62,467 nt of DNA, filler included, from Globobulimina sp. (GCA_003354225.1; 25 parts of 25 records of this genome joined end to end with filler, not necessarily neighbours in it); one strand, 5' to 3'; shown: positions 35,054-46,280, counted from the whole stretch's first letter. The notes: generated by a model from the letters alone, not told the origin. Numbers and translations: made by a program.

Positions 35054-35714
35054 TACGAAAAATAGTTTTCCTGTTTATTTTTATCAATATGGATATATTT
35101 CGCCGCCGTATGACCAGGTATCGCACGGTTATGATATTGTTGGGTTATTTGGGTATGATTAAGGATTTTTTTTTAAGTAATCCATAGGCCACTCATTATT
35201 CAATGGCCAAAGGTGACTTTTTTCAGCATTTTTTCAGCAAATACAAGGAATAAATGATGCTGAAAATGTTGCTGTATACTAGCTTTCTCAGCATTTTGAT
35301 GCAATGGGTTTGGGCAAAAGTGGTTCTTAAAAAAAAATCCATAGGTACGATATCGATTGGATTAATGGCGGGGTAGAATATTCGGAACAATTTGTCGAAT
35401 TGACACAGAATTTTTTTGGTGCTTATGTTAAGGGAGTTGTTCCAGTGAAAGATGGGCAGACTGCTTGTGTGCAGAATGGTTATTATATTCAAGTTGTGGA
35501 AGAGGTTAAAATTGTTGGTGTTGAAGATTTAGATCATATTCGGGATAGATGTGAGGTTTATAAATTGCTTGGTGAAAATATTTGGAGAGACCCGTTTTGT
35601 ATTGGTATTTACGATGTAACTGCGGAACAAATGGAAAGATTTACGAACAATGATACAGATGTAACTTCTTCGGAGCAATGTGGTGAAAGCAATTGTGAAC
35701 AACAAGAAGTTTGA
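35054..35714 (+). CDS. Probable type-B carboxylesterase C-terminal fragment with introns
   Basis: PVYFYQY...VSHGYDIVGLFG resembles the catalytic-His motif (HG.D+..+FG); later exon ...LTQNFFGAYVKG...RCEVY. Confidence 0.5.
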
Positions 35715-35845
35715 ACTAAACTAGTATCCTATACTAATACTATCATAATTAGTAAATATTAATTATAAATTATTCCTATACTAAATATTATCTTTCTTAC
35801 AACATTAACCTTACTGAAAAGCGCTGAAGTTCCACCTTTCTCATC

Positions 35846-37384
35846 ATGTCAGACAACCAAGCTCGAGGAACGAATCGAGTCAAACAAATCTGTACAAAAG
35901 AAGGGTTAAAAGCTAGACTGAAATATTATTATTATTTATTTCATCTCTTGGATCTTACAGTTGGTGTCCTGCTATGCATTGATGGTTATGTTGTAATTTC
36001 CACAGCAACATTAGATTCAGCCAGCAGTTTCTCACGATTTGTAATTCCAATTTATTATTTTATATTTGGTTTCACAATGATTGCATTAATATTTTATGTT
36101 CCTCCATTCGCCTCTGTTATGGCTATGTTTTATTGGACATCCTTTGGTCGTTGTTTTATTTTATTGTTTCTCTCCGTACAATTAATGTCATTTGCTTCCT
36201 CATTGGACATTGCTGTTGGTATTTTTGTTGGTACCGTGGCTTTATTGTATTTCATATTTGCTTGTTTAACCATTGCACAATGTCCTGTGCTCAGAGACTC
36301 TTTGCCGCCACCAATCCTCCAAAGATTCGCAGCTGAAAAAGAAATCACGCAACCAAACCAAGCGCAGGTCACAAAATTAAAAAACCAAAATGAATTGGAA
36401 CAAAAAGATGAATTGCAATCGTTGCATATGGTGGCAATCAATTCGGGCTCAGCTGCAAATATTAACAGAATATCATACGGCAACGAAGACATCCAATCGG
36501 ACGAAGAAATGAAGGATAAAGTGGCTGGAATTCCAAACAAAGATCTTCAAATAATACATATAGAAACTCAAACAGCGCGCATTCAAAATATAAATCTAAA
36601 AAATGTGGATACAGCCAATGCTGTAGAAAAAATGATTAATTTGGGTTTGTTTTCACATATTTTTGTTAAAAAAAATGTTTTTCAACGGTATGCTGCACGC
36701 AATACATATTGGAATATGTTGGTTGCTGGAAATGCCAATGAGGAGAAAGGTTATGATTGTGATTATATTAAAATGCATGTTTTGAATATGACGGACAATG
36801 ATTTGCTCACTAATTTGAGTGAGGAACAAGTTGTTGAATTTGAGAAATTGTTGTTATATTCTTTGGAGAGTGTTGATAAATTATATATGATTCAGTTTAC
36901 GAGAACTGATTTGAATTCGATATTGCTGCAGAAAATAATAAAAACGTTGATCGAAAGAAGCAAAGATGTGACTAAATTTGGTCCTGAAGAATTTCATTGC
37001 GATTCAAATGTTGGCATGGAATGTATTGAGTATATTGCTGAAAATGATAAAGATTTGAAAGTGATTAAAGTTGCCATTAACAATGAATCCTGCAAATTAT
37101 GTGCCGACGTATTGAGTGAGAAAAATGAATATTTGTTACAATTTTGTATTGACGTTGAATGTGCAGAGTATCAAACAAAAATTGATCAGGCTTTGATGAG
37201 AAATAATGGGATGTTTAGAAAAGAAAACAGTGAAAAAAAACAAATGCATAAGTATCATGAAACGGTGGGTATTCCGGATAATTTGCTTGAAATGACATCA
37301 AAGTATGTTCAATTTATTTCAATTGGTATATGTCAGAGACTGGTAAAAAAAAGTGAGGAAATATACAGTAATTGCCAGCATTGA
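35846..37384 (+). CDS. Membrane protein: COPI-associated (Tvp15-like) TM domain plus tropomodulin-like LRR C-terminus
   Basis: IPIYYFIFG...FYWTSFGRCFILLF in 3-4 TM helices; C-terminal NEYLLQF...KIDQALMRNNGMFRK resembles the tropomodulin LRR cap. Confidence 0.55.
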   Translation: MSDNQARGTNRVKQICTKEGLKARLKYYYYLFHLLDLTVGVLLCIDGYVVISTATLDSASSFSRFVIPIYYFIFGFTMIALIFYVPPFASVMAMFYWTSFGRCFILLFLSVQLMSFASSLDIAVGIFVGTVALLYFIFACLTIAQCPVLRDSLPPPILQRFAAEKEITQPNQAQVTKLKNQNELEQKDELQSLHMVAINSGSAANINRISYGNEDIQSDEEMKDKVAGIPNKDLQIIHIETQTARIQNINLKNVDTANAVEKMINLGLFSHIFVKKNVFQRYAARNTYWNMLVAGNANEEKGYDCDYIKMHVLNMTDNDLLTNLSEEQVVEFEKLLLYSLESVDKLYMIQFTRTDLNSILLQKIIKTLIERSKDVTKFGPEEFHCDSNVGMECIEYIAENDKDLKVIKVAINNESCKLCADVLSEKNEYLLQFCIDVECAEYQTKIDQALMRNNGMFRKENSEKKQMHKYHETVGIPDNLLEMTSKYVQFISIGICQRLVKKSEEIYSNCQH

Positions 37385-37555
37385 CATGACCGATACGTTC
37401 TGAGTTAATTGTAAAAACATATTTGTGTGTACAACAATTGCAATTAAAGGTATACNNNNNNNNNNNNNNNNNNNNNNNNNNNNNNNNNNNNNNNNNNNNT
37501 TAATTAATTAANNNNNNNNNNNNNNNNNNNNNNNNNNNNNNNNNNNNNNNNNNNN

Positions 37556-39957
37556 ATTTTAATTTCCTGCATGTTTGCCACAACCGTTACGTTTGCGTAT
37601 AAATAACATACAATTAAAATAAGTGCTTTGTCTGCAGTGCGCAACGATAATTTCCGGCGGCGTTCTTGAAAGAATGAAGAACAAAGTTTATCTCTTATGG
37701 TGTTTTTTTACTATTCTTATTACTTATTCCTTCATTGCTCATTGGATTTGGAGTCCACTTGGATGGCTTCATAAATTGGTATGTTTTCTAAAGTCTTTGT
37801 TTTCCGGATTTGCAAATTAAATGTGGTTAATTTGTCTGTATTAAATGTGGTTAATTTGTTCTGTATATTGTTATTCTGTCTGTTTGTAACTGAAAGGGTT
37901 TTATTGATGGTGGCGGTTCGTTTGTTGTGCATTGTACCGGAGGCATAGCAGCAACCATTGCTATTTTCAACGTAGGACCAAGAAATGACTCGATTGGAGC
38001 AACTGGACAATTAAAAAAGGTGCCGGCCGCGTTTTCTCCGATTATTGTAAATATCGGAGCATTTATCTTGTATGTTTTCTGTACAATGTACATATTTTGA
38101 AAAATATCATCTGTATATATCTGGATATTGATACATTTACATCTCTGATCTGATATATTCTGACAGATGGTATGGATGGTTCGGATTTAATATCGCTTCT
38201 GCCGTGCAAGAAAAGGACATAACACCAGAGATTTTGGACACTGTTGGCTTAATTACGATGATGGGAGCCACTGCATCAACGTTCTCTGCAATGATGTTAT
38301 GTAGCTCTGTCCTTTACAGTTTCATTTTTATTTACATTTCTATGTAATTACAGTTTGATGCAGCGAGGATGGATTGATTTGAAAATTGAGACTTCAATGA
38401 CTGCGATGTTGGGTGGTTTAGTATCGGTGACGGCGTCCTGTTATACGTTGGATGTTTGGGCTGCGTCGATTATTGGTTTTTTTGCGGCTTGGGTTTGTTT
38501 TGCCGTTCAATATGTCGCTCGATGGAGATTTGGTTTAGATGGTACTATTTATTTTTGTTTTTTGTTGAATATATGTTGTTTAATCACTTTAATGTTGTTT
38601 AATAAATTAATGAAATTATAAATAGATCCATTAAATGTGATTGGTATTCATTTAGGATGCGGTATATATGCATGTATTATGCAAGGGGTGTTTGCAAATG
38701 ATGCGGTCGGACATCCCGGTTTACTTTATGGCGGATTTGATCATTTTGGTGTTCAGTTATTAGGAACGTTGGTTTGTTTGATATTTACGGTGGCTATGAA
38801 CTGTTTAATATGGGTTGCTATGAAGCATGCATTCTTCCGTCATACTTCTATCCGAGTTACACTGTTGGACAGTTATTTAGGTCAAAGTGTTGCTGCCACA
38901 AATATGACCCGCGCCTTTGTATGCATATATATTATATTTATGTGTAACTAAAAGGTCTCTACTTTACATAATGTACGTTTATGCAGCGTGAGATAATGAA
39001 TTGTAACAGCAATTTAGCAAAACAATTAGTTTGGGAATTCCATCAATTTACAGAGCAGTGCTTCAACTCTGAAGGTTTGGACTTTTTGATGGCAGTGAAT
39101 GAGTTTCGAGATATCGTTACTTGCGATGACCCGGCTCGCTGTAAGCAACACGTCGTGGCCATTTGTAAAACCTTTGTGGATGAAGGCGCCGATAATTGTA
39201 TCAATGTGAGCGGTCCGCTGAGGAACCAGATTTGTGCCATTTCCACGCAATTTGAGCAAGAATTAAGAGAACAGGAAGAAGAGGAAGAGAAACAAAGACA
39301 AGCACAAGGCCAGCAACAGGAGCAAGAGCATGCAATGAAGCCATTAACAATCAGCATAACTTATGATACGATATTCGAAGCTTCCTATTCTGAGATATTT
39401 AAGATTATGTTGCCGTATTTCCAGGATTTTATTAAACAGTTTCATGCTAAACGCAAACGATGCAAATTCCGAGTACTCGTTCCCTTTTATTTTGAAAGCG
39501 ATTGGCGGGTTATTTGGGATCAATTTTTACAGAAAGAGACCAAAGCAAATAAAGAGGAACGAATGTTGTCCAGTCATTCGTCCATATCGGTGGAGGTAGA
39601 GCGGGATCCGGGCACTCCACAGACGCCCGACGATAAAAGCGGTAAAAGCGGCAAAAGTGGCAAGAGTGATAAAAGTGATCGAAGTAACCGCAGTAACCGC
39701 AGTAACCGCAGTAATCGGAGTAGGAGTAACCGATCCAGGCCAGATCCGTGGGTGGAGGCCATTGCTATGGAACAGATTCGGATGAAAACACTTGCGGTGC
39801 CTTACAGTGGTGGGACCATTGAGAATGTGTATGATGAATATCATGCTACATTTGCTTCAAAAATGGCGCCAGCGGTGGATGATTTGGTGTTGGTTCAGTC
39901 GCAATCGGCGAAAACGTATGAACCGGCGGCTGTGGATCAAGCGGCAACGTGGAGTGC
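37556..39957 (+). CDS. Ammonium transporter (Amt/Mep family) fused to a C-terminal RGS domain; truncated at both ends; six introns
   Basis: Spliced product: FATT/CATIISGGVLERM, AHWIWSPLGWL, DGGGSFVVHCTGG, VGPR, WYGWFGFNIAS, LGGLVSVTA, LD/DPLNVIGIHLGCG, GLLYGG..FGVQLLG, then FHQFTEQCFNSEGLDFL..V.EF...ICKTFVDEGADNCINVSGPLRNQI...IFEASYSEIFKIM. Introns 37586-37637, 37779-37896, 38070-38166, 38296-38353, 38542-38625, 38919-38986. Confidence 0.9.
39636..39735 (+). repeat. Coding 9-nt repeats (KSG)n(KSD)n(RSN)n
   Basis: aaaagcggt.. and cgcagtaac repeated in the tail of the Amt-RGS ORF. Confidence 0.8.
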
Positions 39958-40057
39958 NNNNNNNNNNNNNNNNNNNNNNNNNNNNNNNNNNNNNNNNNNN
40001 NTTAATTAATTAANNNNNNNNNNNNNNNNNNNNNNNNNNNNNNNNNNNNNNNNNNNN

Positions 40058-41857
40058 ACACAAACTGTCCGTATTTAATGATGAATGGGTGGACAGATTA
40101 TGACGGCAATGTTTGCTTTAATGATGATATAGACATTAAATATTGGAGCAAACGTAGTGGATCCAGCGACAGCTCAAATCATAAAAACAAAAGGAATGCA
40201 AAGAAGCAATCGTATGGATCGAGTGATGGCGCCAGCTCTGGGTCGGCGAGCTCGCGACGGCGGAGATTAGGCAATGGAATGTCCGCCAAATGTATTTGGA
40301 ATGAAGATGATAAGAAATATTTGTGGTATAAGAACACTGCAAATGGCTGCAATGGCCAACGGAATGGAAGGAGGAGGAGTTTGTTATGGGGCAATTATTA
40401 CGCTTCATCATCGATGTCTGCTTCGTTGGATTCGCGGTCGGATTCCTCGGACAATGACGATTCTGATGATGAACAATGGAGAATATTACATACAGTTTGC
40501 TTAACATATTATATAGGAATTTTGCGAGAAAATTGTAGTGCATTACACAGTATATTTCTACCGTTATGCGAGAATAATAACACTTCATTCAATTCGAGCA
40601 GTCTTAGCGCAGAGGACATGACTGATTTAATTGTGAAATATTCACCTGAAGAGGCTATAATTCCCGTTGGTTATCGCGATAGCAATGATATATTGGGAAT
40701 ATTGGTGAACTTAATGAGTAGTGATGTGACTGAGTTTGAACTATGTCTTGGAAATGTTACGATTGACTTGCATATGTCTGTGAATTACACGAAGGATGCA
40801 ATAGATATGGCAGACAGCGTTACGTTTATTATAGGAAATGAGTCAAGTATTTGCCAAAGTGATGGGTTGCCATGCTTAAGTTTAGTATTTTGATGTTTTT
40901 GTTTTTTTGAGTGAGTACAAAATGTTTTGTTCATGCACAGATTTTTATTTCCAAGAAGAATGTGCAACCACCACAGCTAAAATGAATAGAAATTGTGATT
41001 GTAAAGGAAGAGGATTACAATCGATGACATTTTTATATTCCGGTGATAAGCGTGTGCATAAAATTGAAGTGTTTCGGAGACAAAACGTATTGTGCACATT
41101 CAATAATGTTTCCAGCGGAGATATGGTTGTCTGTAATGAAGCATTTATGCGGAGGACATTTTTCAAAATTACTTATTCGAAGAATGATGAGATTTGTGAT
41201 GGTATATTTCGGACAGATTGTTCTCGCAATCTGCTTGGTGCTACGTTGTGTGACGGCGACTTAATTGTTACCCAATGGATTGATAAAAGCGGTGCTATTT
41301 GTGATGAAACAGTGAGTGATTGGAAAATATCCAGACATAATGCATTAATTCATGACAAATATGACATTCTAAATAATACATTGCAAGTATTTAAGGAATT
41401 GGATATTTATATTAAATGGGCATTGATCGGAATTATGATAATGTTTGGTGTCTTAATGTGCATTGGTTTTAATATTTATGTTTTTGACAGATTCTATCAT
41501 AAAAACATTGGTTTTCAATCGGAGGCAGAGCACAAAAAACTGCAAAGTACGTCTATTGTCAAACAAGTGCACGAAGTCAAAGTGGACGAAATGGAGAATA
41601 CCAAATTTAAAGCCATTGACAACATGGCGGAGAATGATGATATCGGAAAGCAGCAACATCGGATACATAAAAGCATAAATTTTGATGAAGAAGAGGTTGT
41701 TAATAATATTTATGAAATGGAAGAAGAAGCAGTAAAGGAAACATACCATAAACATAAAAACATCAATTTCAACGAAGAGGAATATTTAAATAATGAGGAT
41801 CACAGTGATGGATATTATTATAATGAAGAGAGTGATGCCGATAGTACAATGTTATAG
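40058..41857 (+). CDS. Cys-rich extracellular protein with repeated beta domains (DUF7467-like), TM helix and acidic tail; 5'-truncated, intron near 40880-40940
   Basis: CKGRGLQSMTFLYSG...LCTFNNVSSGD...CDGIFRTDCSRNLLG; RRRRL/RRRSLL motifs; TM WALIGIMIMFGVLMCIGF. Confidence 0.55.
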
Positions 41858-42254
41858 AAATTAGTAAGATGATAAGCGTTGACATAAAACATATATGTTT
41901 TTTCTATTTCTTTATGTGTTTTATGAATAATGAGTGTCTTTAACATATATAAGTAATACGATAAATAGATGCAATTATAATTATTTGATTATGAATTATT
42001 TTTTTTCTTCTTTTTTTTTTCTTTTGTTATTAATATTGGGGATATTGTTTTGTTTGTTTGATTCATCCGTATCGCAGTATAGGTAACGCTGTATATTATA
42101 AGACGCGTAGTTATTTGTAACTGGTTAATTTCCTATGCTTAAATATTCTAAAACGACGGATAGAATATATGGTTAAATAAAATATAATATTAGATCAATT
42201 ATGCATTTTTATCGGAGTTAAATGTTTTTTTTTATGTACATTTCCGGCTAAATC

Positions 42255-42459
42255 ATGTCTACCAACAATTGTTCTGCAGAGAATAAAACATTGAATATTA
42301 TTCATTTTAATGATGTCTACAACATAACAGAATGTAATAATGGAAATAACTGTGGCGGTGCATCCCGACTTATGACATTAATAAACAAATTAAAATTATT
42401 ATCTCCGCCACCATTGACTTTTTTCAGTGGTGATTTTTTAAATCCATCTTTAATTAGCA
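42255..42459 (+). CDS. 5'-nucleotidase/metallophosphoesterase, N-terminal fragment
   Basis: LNIIHFNDVYNI...GGASRL...FSGDFLNPSLIS. Confidence 0.85.
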
Positions 42460-42629
42460 NNNNNNNNNNNNNNNNNNNNNNNNNNNNNNNNNNNNNNNNN
42501 NNNTTAATTAATTAANNNNNNNNNNNNNNNNNNNNNNNNNNNNNNNNNNNNNNNNNNNNGAAGTTTTTTAGTTACAAAAACCAATCAAGCAAAGAACAGA
42601 AACTTTTAGAATGTATGTAACAAATAAAC

Positions 42630-43703
42630 TCAAATCCCAAATATTTCAAAATCTCCCACTTCCGAAGCACTTATTCGAATGAAACTTTTTCTTTCAACTG
42701 AATTAGTTCCGCATTGAAAATATGGATGACTGCTTGTAGAATTAAATTCCAACATTTGTATTTTATATTTTTCAGCAGAGGTTTGAGACATTTTGAAACA
42801 AAACCCATTTGGTTTCAGACAACAATTGTCATAACTTTTCAGTACATTGATTTTATCTTTAATAAAAATACCAATCACAGAAGGATCCATTGTGAATCCT
42901 AGAGAGTAGTGGAACTTTGTGAATATTAATAATACAGATTCACGATGTTCAATAAGTTTAACCACATAAGGTTGATCGAAGCCATATGCGTCACGTACGT
43001 CACGTTTGTATTTGTTGCGATTGTATTGATACAATAATTTACATTTATAATCTATCAGCGGGTTCGCTTTATCATTCATCCATTCTTGTATTTGTTTGAT
43101 ATGTTTGACCGATAATATACGTGACTCCAAACTGATTTTCATCGCACAAACATCAGCAATTAAAGGCATAATTTGATAAAATTCCGATTCTGATAATAAA
43201 TGATTTAATAAATATTGTTGATTTTGATCAGGAATAATTAATTTACCTGTTCTCATATAATCTAATATAATGTCAAAATATTTCCCATTTCTATCAATAA
43301 AATATGAGCCATTTTTATCCGGTTTCAATGAAAATCTTCCTTCAAACATTTTGCATAACACACTGCTCGGATATCTGCATAAAGTGATCAGTGTAGTTTG
43401 ATATTTTGTGCCACCAATATTTAATACTATTGGCTCTCCGGCCATCATCAACTGATTTTTGGACCATGGTACATCTGAGGTGCTTGTAGCAACCAAAGGG
43501 TTAATATTTTTGTTTTGTATATTGTCTGCATCATAATGGCTTTCCTCGTCATCTAATCCTTTCACTTCAAGAACGGGCAATTTCATTACCGGTTTGTTGG
43601 ATTTATCCGAAGCGCCTACAGTTAATGGACTGCTACGAAACTTTCTTGAAATTCCAATGCTACCTTCATGCTCAGGACCATCTCTTTGTTTTTGTTCTGC
43701 CAT
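42630..43703 (-). CDS. KCTD-type BTB/POZ domain protein
   Basis: IVLNIGGTKYQTTLITL...SVLCKMF...YFIDRNGKYFDIILDYMRTG...ESEFYQI; first ATG at 43703. Confidence 0.9.
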   Translation of the reverse strand: MAEQKQRDGPEHEGSIGISRKFRSSPLTVGASDKSNKPVMKLPVLEVKGLDDEESHYDADNIQNKNINPLVATSTSDVPWSKNQLMMAGEPIVLNIGGTKYQTTLITLCRYPSSVLCKMFEGRFSLKPDKNGSYFIDRNGKYFDIILDYMRTGKLIIPDQNQQYLLNHLLSESEFYQIMPLIADVCAMKISLESRILSVKHIKQIQEWMNDKANPLIDYKCKLLYQYNRNKYKRDVRDAYGFDQPYVVKLIEHRESVLLIFTKFHYSLGFTMDPSVIGIFIKDKINVLKSYDNCCLKPNGFCFKMSQTSAEKYKIQMLEFNSTSSHPYFQCGTNSVERKSFIRISASEVGDFEIFGI

Positions 43704-43738
43704 TATTAAATTCTTACTGCAAAGCAAACAAAAACATC

Positions 43739-44960
43739 ATGATCATCCTTGCAGTATTCGCAGTGTCAATATTACAATTAACCACTTCCTACAATATAGA
43801 TTGGAGTGTGAGTTATGTATATTTCATGGGAGGCACACGGAATCCATATTTAGTTGAGTTACGCGGCACTGATCCCGAATTTTTATTAATTTGTTTCGAA
43901 GAGTTACGCGACGATGATTATGCCGGTATTTGCAAAACGGCCACTTTAGACCTTACAAACCAGCGCATTTTCTTCCATCCCTCTGAGATATTTCAAGCGC
44001 AAAACGCATCGAATCCAAATGAGATTCAAATCTATAAAAACGGACCCACTGAGTATTTCTTATTGGCGTATACCAATGGACCCACTCACTCCTCCGGGCC
44101 CGGACAAATATTACTTGGTAGTTATGGCACCAACGGCGCTATAAACTATGGCGAACAATATACGTTCAATCCAGCTTTAAATGACCAATCGCGTTTAATT
44201 GAGTTGCGAAGTCCTGACATGAATTATTTCATTATCTGTGCCTCAGTGGGCCCAAACAACCAATATGACACTGCTTGCCGTGTAGGGGAATATGACACTG
44301 ATTCGTTCGCCATATCCCTTGGTATGTACTGTACTCAATGTACTGCACTGCCAATACTGTATACAAAATTAATATTTTTTGTGCATATAGGTAGCAAAAT
44401 ATTTAATATGACATTGAACCATCCAACTAAAGCTATGGCAGTGTCCCGTGTGGCCAGTGATGTTTTCATCGCTTGTTTTGCAGCGTATTTGCAACAGTTT
44501 GGCGTCTGTTATGTTGGTACGGTGGTGAATGACTTCAACGATGGGCTTGAGAGTGAAGTCGAATTTGGGAATGAGGTCATCTTTCACAATGAGTTCGCCA
44601 TTGATGAAATTAAAATTGTCCACGCAAATTCTACTGTGTTGATAATTTGTTATTCGATGCATCAAACATTTGGTGATGGCGGGGCTGGCGTTTGCCAGTT
44701 TGGTGTCATTCGACAATTAATCGGTATCTAATATGTGTTATATAATTTAAATATGCTATTTTTAATATTGTTTGTGTTCTACGTAGGTACTCAGAGATAC
44801 ACTGTCGAGTTTTTGCCAGAGACCTTTACTTTTGCTGATAAGGAGGATGAGTCAATATCTGTTTTTCAAGTACAGCCGAATAGTTTAGTGCCGGACTACA
44901 ATAATCCGGAGTTATTGGGGGTGTGTTATGTGGATAATCGAGTGGGGAAATGTAGATTTG
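43739..44960 (+). CDS. Secreted beta-repeat protein of unknown function, with introns, 3'-truncated
   Basis: Signal peptide MIILAVFAVSILQLTTS; recurring (F/L)(L/I)(I/A)C(F/Y)....G.C..G...G....F units suggest propeller blades. Confidence 0.6.
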
Positions 44961-45140
44961 NNNNNNNNNNNNNNNNNNNNNNNNNNNNNNNNNNNNNNNN
45001 NNNNTTAATTAATTAANNNNNNNNNNNNNNNNNNNNNNNNNNNNNNNNNNNNNNNNNNNNCTACGAGTGATTCCCTATACGATTGGAAACCCTGAGAGGA
45101 ATCAACAGGGAACCATGACAGTACTGATATTAATTACCAG

Positions 45141-45428
45141 TGCTTTACGCCCGGCATATTGTTGGCTTTGCGCGAAATCCGCAAATATCAAAAAAGTACT
45201 AATTTCTTAATCAAAAAACTCCCATTCCAACGTCTCGTTCGTGAAATAGCCAGAAACATGTGTCCCGATCGTAGATTCCAATCGTCCGCTTTGGCGGCAC
45301 TACAAGAAGCCAGCGAGGCTTATCTAACTGGATTGTTTTCCGACACAAATTTATGTGCTATTCATGCCAAAAGAATCACCATAATGCCCAAAGACATGCA
45401 ATTGGCACGTAGAATCAGAGGTGAATAA
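45141..45428 (+). CDS. Divergent histone H3 (histone fold only; start uncertain)
   Basis: [31 protein letters not shown]...[46 protein letters not shown]. Retains the H3 Q68/F84/T107 equivalents, so not CENP-A-like. Confidence 0.92.
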   Translation, partial: CFTPGILLALREIRKYQKSTNFLIKKLPFQRLVREIARNMCPDRRFQSSALAALQEASEAYLTGLFSDTNLCAIHAKRITIMPKDMQLARRIRGE

Positions 45429-45455
45429 ACGATTTAACCATGATAATTTTATTAA

Positions 45456-46117
45456 TCACTTCAAAATTTCGTGTGCAAATTCTCTTTGTAAATAATGACG
45501 TGTTTTCATTATAATAACACCAAGTAAATTCAACCCTTTCCATTGTTTCTCATCAAAACATTTTGGATCATTGAGTCCTATTCCTACAAATTGAGATAAT
45601 GTAAAATATAGACAATGAACAAACCAATAGAAACTCACCAATTCCCCAAACTCTGTCGAAAGGAGAAGCTTCCGCCAATCTCATACCGATAGTTTGAAAC
45701 AGCTGCTCTCTTTCATTAGGATTTTGTCGAAACTGAATATTATTATTATTATTATTATTATTATTAGCTAGCCTAAACATTCGTGGACATTGGTACCTTC
45801 GCTATCGTCGCTTTCAACATAACAGCTTCTCTGATCTCAGCCCATTGGGATTCCGAATAGTTGTTTACTCTTCTCCCCAAACGTTTCTGCTCATCGGGTG
45901 TAGACGCTTCTAGGATAGCTTTTTGAGCTTTTTTATCATGGAAATAATAGGCTTTGTAGTGTTGAAAATACTGTTCCGTATTGAGCCAATGATGTCCATC
46001 GAGATAAAAGGTTGAAAAATAGAAATTTGAGTATATGGGAGCTCGACCGAAGAAAACCAAAAATTTCTCTTTTCCATCCGGACTATCGCCGATAACAACT
46101 CCCCGCGACACATTCAT
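45456..46117 (-). CDS. NADAR/YbiA-family protein, 3 exons (introns 45733-45796 and 45584 or 45578 to 45638)
   Basis: YSNFY, TEQYFQHYKA..F.D, KRLGRRV, W...REAVM....AK/FRQN, LAEASPFDRVWGIG/LNDP, WKGLNLLG.IIMKTR; GT-AG introns restore one frame. Confidence 0.92.
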
Positions 46118-46250
46118 AGCGAACTATTGGTTTCTTCTCATGTCCTTAGGTGGGTGTTGAAGTTAATTGCATAGTTTAAACTTCCCGCCTTGACGCGCGT
46201 GTCTCTAGAAGGGGTACATTTTTCCTACGACATCGAGAACAAAAGTAGGT

Positions 46251-46280
46251 CTACTACTACTACTACTACTACTACTACTA
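46251..46280. repeat. (CTA)n microsatellite; (TAA)n at about 45740-45766 and (TG)n at about 47391-47411 in the same contig
   Basis: Directly visible. Confidence 0.9.

Noticed and set aside
37817-37866. Short direct duplications (also 30802-30845, 50494-50530, 58910-58935)
   Set aside because: Two or three adjacent copies in introns or UTRs without unique spacers; ordinary slippage, not CRISPR or element termini.
45141-45428. Centromeric H3 (CENP-A) assignment
   Set aside because: Loop 1 is canonical length and the Q68, F84 and T107 equivalents are retained.
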